From Lachnospiraceae bacterium (GTDB lineage Bacteria > Bacillota > Clostridia > Lachnospirales > Lachnospiraceae), in NCBI GenBank assembly GCA_024699325.1, contig JAILPS010000006.1, forward strand, positions 20,419-84,418: 64,000 nt of DNA, read 5' to 3'. This document shows, one piece after another, positions 1 through 9,123 of the stretch. The position numbers and the translations under genes are program-made. The first letter of the stretch is position 1. Each line of letters starts with the position of its first letter. The notes beneath the pieces were generated by a model. It did no database searches and had not been told where the DNA came from. It saw only the letters and a list, made by a program, of their open reading frames with translations.

Positions 1-227
<227 letters not shown>

Positions 228-254
228 TTACTCTTAAACAGACGGTAAACAGTA

Positions 255-283
255 TTGACATTTTAGTAAACGAGATATATATT
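255..283 (+). promoter_or_regulatory. Sigma-A-like promoter TTGACA-N17-TATATT with operator-like site 2 (TTTTAGTAAAC, 261-271) in the spacer
   Basis: Consensus -35 at 255-260 and -10 at 278-283. The spacer contains a 10/11 match to the reverse complement of site 1. Confidence 0.45.
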
Positions 284-331
284 TGCTTTAAGATGGCTGC
301 GGCCAAATCATTTGATTATCGGAGGATTACT

Positions 332-1618
332 ATGAGCAACACAGTTGAACTTAAGGCGAAGCTTTTAAAGGGTGATTACAGGGATGTTCTGGCAGATATA
401 TATGTCGACGAGGCGATGATACCATACCAGACGAAGAGATATGTGGAGGCGATTGAGAAGTATGAGAGCCTCTACGGTGCGGACGATGTGGTGATACTTA
501 GCGCGCCCGGAAGAAGCGAGGTCTGCGGAAACCACACAGACCACCAGCACGGAGAGATACTTGCGGCGTCCATTAACCTTGACGCTATCGCCGTTGTGAA
601 AAAGTTAGACACAGGCGTGGTTAAGGTCGTCTCAGGAACCTATCCCATGATTACACTTGACGCGACTGACCTTTTGCACACTCCTAACGAGGAGGGCACA
701 ACATTTGCCATAATCAAGGGTGTTTTGGCAGGAGCGAAGGAGAGAGGCTACAAGGTTGGCGGTTTCCAGGCCTATATCACAAGCGATGTGTTAATCGGAG
801 CCGGGCTCTCATCGTCAGCTGCGTTTGAGACACTTATCGGCGCCATCATATCATACCTCTATAACGACGGAAAACTTGACGCTGTCACCAACGCAATCAT
901 CGGACAGTATTCTGAAAATGTTTATTTTGGCAAGCCATGCGGACTTATGGACCAGATGGCATGCTCAGTCGGAAGCCTGGTTCACGTGGATTTTGCTGAC
1001 CCTAAGAAACCTGTTGTGGAGAAGGTTTCCTTCGACATGAATAAGCACGGCTATTCACTGTGCATCACTGACACGAAGGGTTCACACGCAGATCTCACAC
1101 ACGAATACGCGGCAGTTCCACAGGAGATGAAGGCGGTTGCAGCTTGTTTTGGCAGGGAGGTTCTGCTCGGAATTAGCGAGAAGGATATCTTGGATAACAT
1201 CGCCATGCTTCGCGAGAAGACCTCTGACAGGGCAGTTTTAAGAGCCCTCCACTTCATCAGAGAGAACAGCCGTGTTCAAAATGCTGTATCTGCACTTAAG
1301 AGCGAGGACATCGAAGCATTTCTTGCAAATATCTGTGCAAGCGGCAACTCATCATATAAATTCCTGCAGAATGTCTACACAAGCTCAGACGTTGACCACC
1401 AGAACGTGTCACTTGCCCTGTGCGTGAGCGAGGGAGTTTTAGCGGGTGGCAGAGGAGTTTGTCGTGTTCACGGAGGCGGTTTTGCCGGAACCATCCAGGC
1501 ATTTGTAAAAAATGAGGCGGTTGCAGACTACAAGGCTGCCATGGAGAAGCTCTTCGGAGAGGGCACATGCCATATTTTAAAAATCCGCAAATACGGCGGC
1601 ATGAAGGTTATGGACTAA
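332..1618 (+). CDS. Galactokinase-family (GHMP) sugar kinase
   Basis: ORF 293-1618. GHMP motifs are PGRSEVCGNHTDHQHG (an atypical galactokinase signature) and GAGLSSSAA (ATP site). The preferred start is ATG 332 (MSNTVEL), preceded by GGAGG, because ATG 293 sits almost on the predicted promoter. Confidence 0.75.
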   Translation: MSNTVELKAKLLKGDYRDVLADIYVDEAMIPYQTKRYVEAIEKYESLYGADDVVILSAPGRSEVCGNHTDHQHGEILAASINLDAIAVVKKLDTGVVKVVSGTYPMITLDATDLLHTPNEEGTTFAIIKGVLAGAKERGYKVGGFQAYITSDVLIGAGLSSSAAFETLIGAIISYLYNDGKLDAVTNAIIGQYSENVYFGKPCGLMDQMACSVGSLVHVDFADPKKPVVEKVSFDMNKHGYSLCITDTKGSHADLTHEYAAVPQEMKAVAACFGREVLLGISEKDILDNIAMLREKTSDRAVLRALHFIRENSRVQNAVSALKSEDIEAFLANICASGNSSYKFLQNVYTSSDVDHQNVSLALCVSEGVLAGGRGVCRVHGGGFAGTIQAFVKNEAVADYKAAMEKLFGEGTCHILKIRKYGGMKVMD

Positions 1619-1628
1619 GAGGTTTGAG

Positions 1629-3656
1629 ATGGAGAAGAAGGCATTATTTCCACAGGTTGGAAGAATTATACACGGTGGGGATTACAACCCCGAGCAGTGG
1701 CTTGACAGGCCGGACATATTAGAGGAAGACATACGACTTATGAAGAAAGCGGGCATCAACGAGGCTACACTTGGCGTGTTTTCATGGTCAATGCTTGAGC
1801 CAAGGGAGGGAGAATTTGACTTCACATGGCTTAAGGAGATTGTGGATAAGCTCTACGAGAACGGAATCTACACGATTATGGCGACGCCCTCGGGGGCAAG
1901 GCCTGCATGGCTTGACGAGAAGTACCCGGAGGCCAGAAGAGTCAACAAAAACGGCGTGAGGGAGCTTCACGGCATCAGGCACAACCACTGCATGACATCG
2001 CCTAAGTACCGCGAACTTGTGAGAATCATGGACGAGAAGCTTGGGGAAATGTTTGGCAACCACCCGGGCGTCATCATGTGGCATATCTCCAACGAATTCG
2101 GCGGGGAGTGCTACTGCGACAAATGTGTGCAGAAGTTCAGGGATTACCTGAGACAGAAGTTTGACGGCGACATAGAGAAGCTAAACCACGCCTGGTGGAA
2201 CACCTTCTGGAGCCACAATTTCAACAATTTTGACCAGATTAATCCTCCGTTTAGCCACGGTGAGTTTTCCAGCATGGGGCTCTCCTTAGAGTGGAGGAGG
2301 TTTACGACCATAAACACGGCGGATTTTTGCAGGGCAGAGATTGAGACTCTTAAGAAGTATAACCCGGATAAGCCCGCCACAACCAACTTCATGACCATGT
2401 ACGACGGTCTGGACTACAGGGTTATGGAGAAGGATTTGGACGTTATCAGCTGGGACAGCTATCCCAGATACCACAACGACTACGAGAAGCTCTCAGACAC
2501 ATTTTATTTTAACGCCTTCTGCCACGCGCAGATGCGCTCCATGAAGAGGGATAAGCCCTTCATGCTCATGGAGAGCGTTCCAAGTCTCGTAAACTGGCAC
2601 GATGTGAATAAGCTTAAGAAGCCGGGGGTTCACAAGCTGACATGTTTGCAGGCGGTGGCCATGGGGTCCGACACCGTGCAGTATTTCCAGTGGAGAAAGG
2701 GGCGCGGAAGCTTCGAGCAGTATCACGGAGCGGTGATTGACCACCTTGGAAGCGACGACACCAGAGTTTTCAGGGAGGTGGCTGACGTAGGCGAGACACT
2801 TCTAAAGCTTAAGGATGTGTGCGGCACAACCCTTAAAAACAGGGCGGCCATAATATATGACTGGGACACCAGATGGGCCTTCTACGAGGTCAGAGCCTTC
2901 GCCCACGACACCATCAGATACGACGACACCTGCATAAGCTTCTACAAAACCATGGCAAAGCTTGGCATAGAGTGCGATATTGTGGCGAGCGATTCAGACC
3001 TCTCACAGTACGAGTTCGTGATTGCGCCACAGATGTACATGCTTAGGAATAAAACCTCTGCCAACCTTAAGAATTACGTAAAAAACGGCGGAGTGCTTCT
3101 TGCTACCTACATGTGCGGCTATGTGGACGAGGACCAGCTGTGCTACTTAGGAGGTTTCCCGGGCGATGGACTTAAGGACGTGTTTGGTGTTACAATAGAG
3201 GAGATTGACGCCTACTATCCGTCTGAGAGAAACACTGTCAAAACAGATGACGGAGAGGTTTATACGGTCAGGGACTACGCTGAGATACTTAGGGACTGTA
3301 AGGCACGAGTCCTGGCCACCTACGGCGGTGACTTCTACGAGGGAAGCCCTGCAATCACTGAGAACGCCTGCGGAAGCGGTCACGCCATCTACCTGGCGGC
3401 CCGCATTGACGAGACCTCACAGGAGAAGCTCATTAAGCACTGTCTGGGCCTCACCAAAACTCTGGCATCAGAGTGCGAGAGGGCGCTTCCTGAAGAGGTG
3501 GGCTACTTCGTTCGCTGTGGCGAAAACAACACATTTGAATTCTTTTTAAACTACAGCGAGGAGACTAAAAATATTGGAAATATCGGCACGGATATGCTGA
3601 CGGGCGAGGAGATTAGCGCCCTTAAGCCGTATCAGGTGGCGGTTGTAAAACATTGA
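1629..3656 (+). CDS. GH42 beta-galactosidase
   Basis: 675 aa. It has GGDYNPEQW at the N-terminus, the HISNEFGGECYCDKC acid/base Glu plus Cys cluster typical of GH42, and no signal peptide. Confidence 0.9.
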   Translation: MEKKALFPQVGRIIHGGDYNPEQWLDRPDILEEDIRLMKKAGINEATLGVFSWSMLEPREGEFDFTWLKEIVDKLYENGIYTIMATPSGARPAWLDEKYPEARRVNKNGVRELHGIRHNHCMTSPKYRELVRIMDEKLGEMFGNHPGVIMWHISNEFGGECYCDKCVQKFRDYLRQKFDGDIEKLNHAWWNTFWSHNFNNFDQINPPFSHGEFSSMGLSLEWRRFTTINTADFCRAEIETLKKYNPDKPATTNFMTMYDGLDYRVMEKDLDVISWDSYPRYHNDYEKLSDTFYFNAFCHAQMRSMKRDKPFMLMESVPSLVNWHDVNKLKKPGVHKLTCLQAVAMGSDTVQYFQWRKGRGSFEQYHGAVIDHLGSDDTRVFREVADVGETLLKLKDVCGTTLKNRAAIIYDWDTRWAFYEVRAFAHDTIRYDDTCISFYKTMAKLGIECDIVASDSDLSQYEFVIAPQMYMLRNKTSANLKNYVKNGGVLLATYMCGYVDEDQLCYLGGFPGDGLKDVFGVTIEEIDAYYPSERNTVKTDDGEVYTVRDYAEILRDCKARVLATYGGDFYEGSPAITENACGSGHAIYLAARIDETSQEKLIKHCLGLTKTLASECERALPEEVGYFVRCGENNTFEFFLNYSEETKNIGNIGTDMLTGEEISALKPYQVAVVKH

Positions 3657-3674
3657 CATAATAATGGGGGTACT

Positions 3675-5384
3675 ATGCTTTATCAGGCTGACTTATGTAA
3701 CGGACAATACAAAAATCCCGTGCTCTACGCGGACTACTCTGACCCGGACGCGATAAGAGTTGGTGATGACTACTTCATGGTGGCATCCAGTTTTTCAAAT
3801 GCTCCGGCCATTCCGCTGCTTCACTCCACGGACCTTGTAAACTGGAGGGTGGTAAACTATGTCTGCGACGCGCTTCCGGAGTACAGATATATCAATCCAC
3901 AGCACGGAAGCGGTGTGTGGGCGCCTGCCATCAGGCACCACGGCGGGGAGTTTTTTGTGTTCTTTCCCATGCCCGACGAGGGCATATATGTAAGCCGGAC
4001 GCGCGACCCCTACGGCAAATGGAGCGCCCCTGCGCTAATCCTGCACGAGGCGGGGGTGATTGATCCCTGTCCGTTCTGGGATGATGACGGGAAACTGTAT
4101 ATGGTCAGCGCGGTTTCGGGCGCGAGGAAGGGCTATAACAGCGTCCTTAGACTGACATGTCTTGACCCTGTAAGCCTGCTTCCGCTCTCAGACAACAAAA
4201 TAATATATGACGGCCGGGGCACCATCTATGAGACCATCGAGGGGCCGAAGGTTCACAAGCGCGGCGGAAGATATTATATTTTTGCCCCTGCGGGCGGCGT
4301 CAAGGGCGGTTTTCAGGCCGTGCTTCGCGCGGACAATATCGAGGGACCCTACGAGATACGCGTCTGTATGCGCCAGGGTGATGCCAAAACCAACGGACCC
4401 CACCAGGGAGCCTGGGTGGACACGGTCACAGGGCAGGACTTCTTCATACATTTTCAGGATGTCTACGCCTGCGGGCGCATCGCGCATCTGCAGCCCATGT
4501 GCTGGAGGGACGGCTGGCCTGTTATCGGAAGGCCTGTAGCGGGACAAACCTGGGGAGAGCCGGTTGACACCTATGATAAGCCTGACGTGAGGGTTAGGCC
4601 GGAGGAACCGTGCGAGCCTGAAAACAGCGATGATTTTGAGGGCGAGAGACTAAGCTATATGTGGCAGTGGAATGCAAACCCTGATGATGGCTGGTATGAG
4701 CTTGAGCCGGAAAAGAGCGCCATAAGATTAAATGCCGTTAGGGCTAATGCCCTCAGGCAGCTTAGCGATATCAGGAATCTTATGCTGACCAAGTGGGCAG
4801 CGCCACAGTTTTGCGCGTCCATGAAGATGAATGTCGAAAATCTTAAGGCGGGGGATGTGGCCGGAATGGTTTCCCTTGGCATGATATTTGGCGGGATTGG
4901 TCTCAGGAAAAATGTTTACGGCGATTTCGAAGTGGTCTTAATATCGGGCAGCCAGGAGTTTGACTGCCAGGAAGCATTTACTAAAAGCGAGGAGACACTC
5001 TGGCCGGTTGACGAACAGAAACTCTTAGAGGCGCATTATAATATTTTGTTTGAATATAACGTGGAAGTGACCTCAAGGGTTGATGTTTTAGAGAGAAAAA
5101 ACTGTCTAGGAGTAGAGGTCTGGGTCAAGAATAGCCCGAGAGAGACCATAACGATGAGAGCGTACTATCTGACAGACGGTGTTAAGTCAGAGATTGACGG
5201 GGCAGTTCTTACATTTCCCGCAAGGGCAGGCAGATGGGTTGGCGTGAAATACGGGCCGTTCTGTTACAATAAGCCGCTTGCAGGGACCGAGACGGCGGAT
5301 GCCTCAGCGCCTGTAAAGCCTGATGAGGCTCAGAGAGGATATGTGACTGTTGACTATGTACACGTGACAGGGGGTAGGGCATGA
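3675..5384 (+). CDS. GH43 glycoside hydrolase (beta-xylosidase/alpha-L-arabinofuranosidase type) with C-terminal beta-sandwich domain
   Basis: 569 aa. NPVLYADYSDPDAIRVGDDYFMVASSF and the later WAPAI and EGPK blocks are typical of the GH43 five-bladed propeller. Confidence 0.85.
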   Translation: MLYQADLCNGQYKNPVLYADYSDPDAIRVGDDYFMVASSFSNAPAIPLLHSTDLVNWRVVNYVCDALPEYRYINPQHGSGVWAPAIRHHGGEFFVFFPMPDEGIYVSRTRDPYGKWSAPALILHEAGVIDPCPFWDDDGKLYMVSAVSGARKGYNSVLRLTCLDPVSLLPLSDNKIIYDGRGTIYETIEGPKVHKRGGRYYIFAPAGGVKGGFQAVLRADNIEGPYEIRVCMRQGDAKTNGPHQGAWVDTVTGQDFFIHFQDVYACGRIAHLQPMCWRDGWPVIGRPVAGQTWGEPVDTYDKPDVRVRPEEPCEPENSDDFEGERLSYMWQWNANPDDGWYELEPEKSAIRLNAVRANALRQLSDIRNLMLTKWAAPQFCASMKMNVENLKAGDVAGMVSLGMIFGGIGLRKNVYGDFEVVLISGSQEFDCQEAFTKSEETLWPVDEQKLLEAHYNILFEYNVEVTSRVDVLERKNCLGVEVWVKNSPRETITMRAYYLTDGVKSEIDGAVLTFPARAGRWVGVKYGPFCYNKPLAGTETADASAPVKPDEAQRGYVTVDYVHVTGGRA

Positions 5385-7282
5385 GCTTGGAATTAGAGAA
5401 GGCGATTAAGAGCGCGGATCTTGAACATGTAAAACTCCTTCTAAGTCTGGACCCAGCCTGCATAGACGATGTAGACAGCGAGGGCGTGGCCATGAGTTTT
5501 CTCGCGGCAAGGACAGGAGACTTGGCGCTTCTCAGATACATCGTGGAGTATTCAAGAGCCAGCATGAACATCCGTGACCCTAAGTACAGGAGCATGCTTC
5601 ACTACGGCGTTATGAGCGGCAGTGTTGATGTTTCTAAATACCTGACTGAGAAGGTTGGGCTAAGCCCCGTGGACGGCGACAGTGATCTCGTGACACCATA
5701 TGAGCTGTCTGAGAGCCTGGGCTTTAAGGATATAGAGAAATATTTTGAGCAGGTGGTTGGCGCGCCTCTTGAAAAAATGTACAAAAACCCTGTGAGGAGA
5801 GGTTTCTTCCCGGACCCTTCCATAGTGCGCGTCGGGGAGGATTACTACATGGTAAACTCCTCCTTCGTGTATTTTCCGTGCATTCCGATATCGCACTCTA
5901 AGGATTTGATTCACTGGCAGGTGATAGGACACGCCATAACAAACCCTGACTGGAGTAAGCTGGGAGATCTGGAGGGCGGAAGAGGATACTGGGCGCCAGA
6001 CATATCATATTACAGGGGGCGTTTTTATATAACGGCAACCTACCGCCTGAACGAGAACCCGGAAATGCTTCGCCGACAGATCATCGTGTCCTCCGAGAGG
6101 GCTGAGGGACCGTACTCTGAGCCTGTATACATCGACGAGGACGGAATAGATCCGTCACTTTTTGCGGATGATGACGGCCGCCGCTACATGCTTTTAAACC
6201 GCGGCGCGAGAATTCTGGAATTAAATGAGGACGCGACACGCCAGATATCTGAGGCGGAGCTTCTCTACTACGGAGACCAGAAGAGGGCGCCGGAGGGACC
6301 ACATTTGCTTAAGAAGGACGGTTACTACTATCTGTTTGAGGCAGAGGGCGGAACCGGCCCCGGACACCGCATAAGCGTGGCGAGGAGCAGAACCCTTAAG
6401 GGCAACTACGAGCCCTGCCCGTATAATCCTATCATGATACAGAGAGACCACGAGGCACCGATATGGCGCTGTGGCCACGGCAAGCCTGTGAGCACCCCTG
6501 ACGGCAGGTGGTATATGGTCTATCTGTGCGCCAGAAAACTTATAGGAAAAAACGGCGAGAAGTTAAGCATTTTAGGCCGTGAGACCGCCATCGATCCCAT
6601 AACGTGGACAGTGGACGGCTGGCCTGTTGTCAACAATCTCAAGGGTCCGAGCTGCCTGCAGGTTAAGCCTGTAATCAGCGGTGACACAGATGATGTGGAC
6701 AGCGATTACATGTTTGCAGACTGGATGTGCGTGAGGGAGCCTCAGGAGAATATGTTCAGAATGTCCGGGAAGGACCACATTTTCATGCGCTCAGGAAGCA
6801 GGGATTTGTGCGAGATTGGAAGTGTGAGCGCTCTGCTTAGAAGGCAGACGGCGTTTGATTTTAGCGCAGGTGTGACACTTCAGGTTCCTGCTCTTAGAAC
6901 CGGGCAGAACGCCGGAATGGTCTGCTACTACGACGAGAATTCCTATGTGAAATTTGGCCTTTTTATGGAAAATGATGGCCTGTATGTGGGCGTTCTGGAG
7001 CATGTGGGAAGAGAGAACCGCGCAGACAGGACCAGACTCTCTTCACAGTGCACAAAACTTAGGCTTGACATAAAAACTGTGGGCAATGCCAGAACATTTG
7101 CATATGAGACATGCTCGGACGCTAAAGAGAGTGGAGAATTTGTGCTCGACAGCGTGGAGTATCTGTGTGACGAAGGCCTGAGAATGGGCAAACGCTTCAC
7201 GGGCGCCATGGTGGGCATATATGCCTACAGCGGTGGAGGCGAAGCGTTCACATGCGAGTTTACAGATTTTATCATAGCATAA
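5381..7282 (+). CDS. Ankyrin-repeat / GH43 fusion protein
   Basis: 633 aa. The first ~130 aa show 3-4 ankyrin-like repeats (VKLLLSLDPACIDDVDSEG; FLAARTGDLALLRYIVE...NIRD; MLHYGVMSGSVDVSKYL). These are followed by a GH43 core (NPVRRGFFPDPSIVRVGEDYYMVNSSF, YWAPDI, EGPH). The start overlaps the upstream stop (ATGA). Confidence 0.8.
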   Translation: MSLELEKAIKSADLEHVKLLLSLDPACIDDVDSEGVAMSFLAARTGDLALLRYIVEYSRASMNIRDPKYRSMLHYGVMSGSVDVSKYLTEKVGLSPVDGDSDLVTPYELSESLGFKDIEKYFEQVVGAPLEKMYKNPVRRGFFPDPSIVRVGEDYYMVNSSFVYFPCIPISHSKDLIHWQVIGHAITNPDWSKLGDLEGGRGYWAPDISYYRGRFYITATYRLNENPEMLRRQIIVSSERAEGPYSEPVYIDEDGIDPSLFADDDGRRYMLLNRGARILELNEDATRQISEAELLYYGDQKRAPEGPHLLKKDGYYYLFEAEGGTGPGHRISVARSRTLKGNYEPCPYNPIMIQRDHEAPIWRCGHGKPVSTPDGRWYMVYLCARKLIGKNGEKLSILGRETAIDPITWTVDGWPVVNNLKGPSCLQVKPVISGDTDDVDSDYMFADWMCVREPQENMFRMSGKDHIFMRSGSRDLCEIGSVSALLRRQTAFDFSAGVTLQVPALRTGQNAGMVCYYDENSYVKFGLFMENDGLYVGVLEHVGRENRADRTRLSSQCTKLRLDIKTVGNARTFAYETCSDAKESGEFVLDSVEYLCDEGLRMGKRFTGAMVGIYAYSGGGEAFTCEFTDFIIA

Positions 7283-7283
7283 C

Positions 7284-7309
7284 AAACGCCGGGCGGCTGC
7301 CCGGCGTTT
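7284..7309. terminator. Bidirectional rho-independent terminator between convergent genes
   Basis: AAACGCCGGG-cggctg-CCCGGCGTTT is a perfect 10-bp GC-rich stem flanked by A and T runs. Confidence 0.8.
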
Positions 7310-7311
7310 GT

Positions 7312-8919
7312 CTATCTTACAAAACTTACTATGTCGATGATCGGCTTATCCGTGTTTTCGTGTGTGACGGTGAGCTTGTCGCCCTCGCCGATAAGGATTA
7401 ACTCCTCGTTGTCTGCAAAAGCCATCTTGAAGCATTTGCCGTCGGTGGATTTGATATAGACTGTCGTGTCGCCTGAGACAGCGATAAATTCTATGGACTC
7501 AACCGTTATGGAAGTCTCTGTGAGATTGTCAGAGGCGGTGTTGCTCTTCAGACCGTTGGCCTGAAGTATCTGCTGATATGACTTGAGAGCGTCAGTTGGA
7601 GTCTGGCCTGTGCCGACTAGGTTGTACTGCGTGACATTTACAAGGGCGTACATCTTAACCAGCCCTGAGCCATCCTTCAGGCAGCAGATATATGTGGGCT
7701 GACCTGCGATGTTTATGATGCTTGGAAATGCTGCGGTGTAGCCCAGATCCTGAACCATACCCTCGGCGGCTGACATGGCTGAGTACTCCTCAGCGCCTGC
7801 GCACAGGAAGTATTTTGCCTCCCTGGTTCTCTCGTTGATGAGAAGGAAGCCTAAGTTTGATTCGTCGCTTGCAACACTTGTGACACCTGTGTAGAGCCAC
7901 ACGTCGTCGTCGATAATCTTGTAGCCGTAATCGTCAGTTGTAACTGTACAGCCGCGGTTTCCAAAAACAGAGTTCCAGAAGCCTGACTGGAGTGTGCCGT
8001 AGCTGTCGTAGTAATCGCACAGGAGATCGCCGTCATATACGCGGTCGACCCACTGCGGAACATTGGCGACAGTTACCTTCTCCATGGAGCCGTCGCATGC
8101 GTTCACAATGATGACATCTGTGATCTCTTCAGCGCCAAACGGCCACGCCATGTGCTTCACAACAGGGCAGATCCAGTATGGATTGCCGCTGTCGTCAATC
8201 TCGAAATACATGTCATAGATGATTTCTGAGAGATATTTGCTTCTGATATGTCTGTAGAGGTCCTTGCTGAAGATAGCGCTCTCCACATACTGTATGGGCT
8301 TGTCAGTTTTTACAAACTCTGCTGTGTTCTTCACAGGGTCAACCTGGATGTAGCCCGGAACACCTGTGGAGGAGTTGTTTAAATATTTGATAAGTCCGCC
8401 GTACTCAAGACATGAAACCTTCATGGGCCTGTTGTTTAATGAGATGGTGCTGTAGTTTTCGCCAACCTCATACTGGCTCACAAGCTCTGTTAAGGAGCCC
8501 ATGGCGCGCTTGCCTATAATCTCTGCGGTTTCAGTGTCCATAATTGCAATGTCTGAAACTGAGGCGCTCTCAGGGATGACGTCTGCAAATTCAACATTTT
8601 CAACACTTATCTGGCTGCGGTATGTATTCACATGGAAGATCTTGGTGGAAATTATTCCGCCGATAATCATAATCAGAATTATGAGACAGCCAAGCGCAAA
8701 GAAAATATTGACCACGCGCTCTTCCTTGAGATTCTCCTGCCCGCGCTTTTTCTCGCGGATAGCAGTTACAAGCGCGGTAAACACCAGCGCGATGACCATG
8801 GAAACCAGAATGGAAATCCAGAATCCAAGGGATGTTGGATTGATGGGCGGCAGCGCAATAAAATACACTGCAAAATAGCTCACAATCATGGAGACAATAA
8901 GACAAATAAATGTAAACAT
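7312..8919 (-). CDS. Membrane-anchored protein of unknown function (N-terminal TM helices, large extracytoplasmic domain)
   Basis: 535-aa ORF. It has three hydrophobic segments in the first ~95 aa, and I recognise no catalytic motif. Confidence 0.6.
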   Translation of the reverse strand: MFTFICLIVSMIVSYFAVYFIALPPINPTSLGFWISILVSMVIALVFTALVTAIREKKRGQENLKEERVVNIFFALGCLIILIMIIGGIISTKIFHVNTYRSQISVENVEFADVIPESASVSDIAIMDTETAEIIGKRAMGSLTELVSQYEVGENYSTISLNNRPMKVSCLEYGGLIKYLNNSSTGVPGYIQVDPVKNTAEFVKTDKPIQYVESAIFSKDLYRHIRSKYLSEIIYDMYFEIDDSGNPYWICPVVKHMAWPFGAEEITDVIIVNACDGSMEKVTVANVPQWVDRVYDGDLLCDYYDSYGTLQSGFWNSVFGNRGCTVTTDDYGYKIIDDDVWLYTGVTSVASDESNLGFLLINERTREAKYFLCAGAEEYSAMSAAEGMVQDLGYTAAFPSIINIAGQPTYICCLKDGSGLVKMYALVNVTQYNLVGTGQTPTDALKSYQQILQANGLKSNTASDNLTETSITVESIEFIAVSGDTTVYIKSTDGKCFKMAFADNEELILIGEGDKLTVTHENTDKPIIDIVSFVR

Positions 8920-9123
8920 GTTAATCCTTTCTGCCCGAAGGGCTGGCCTTAAGCCGCGATTATTGTATCATATAACAAAAAAACAAAACAATGGACAAAT
9001 GCTTAAGAATACCTTAAGGGCCTAATTATAAACATAGTATAAAAATTTTTCCTATTTTAAGATGACAAAGCCATAAAAATGTGCTAGCATAAAGAGTACG
9101 GCTATAGGCCAGGGAGGAATATA

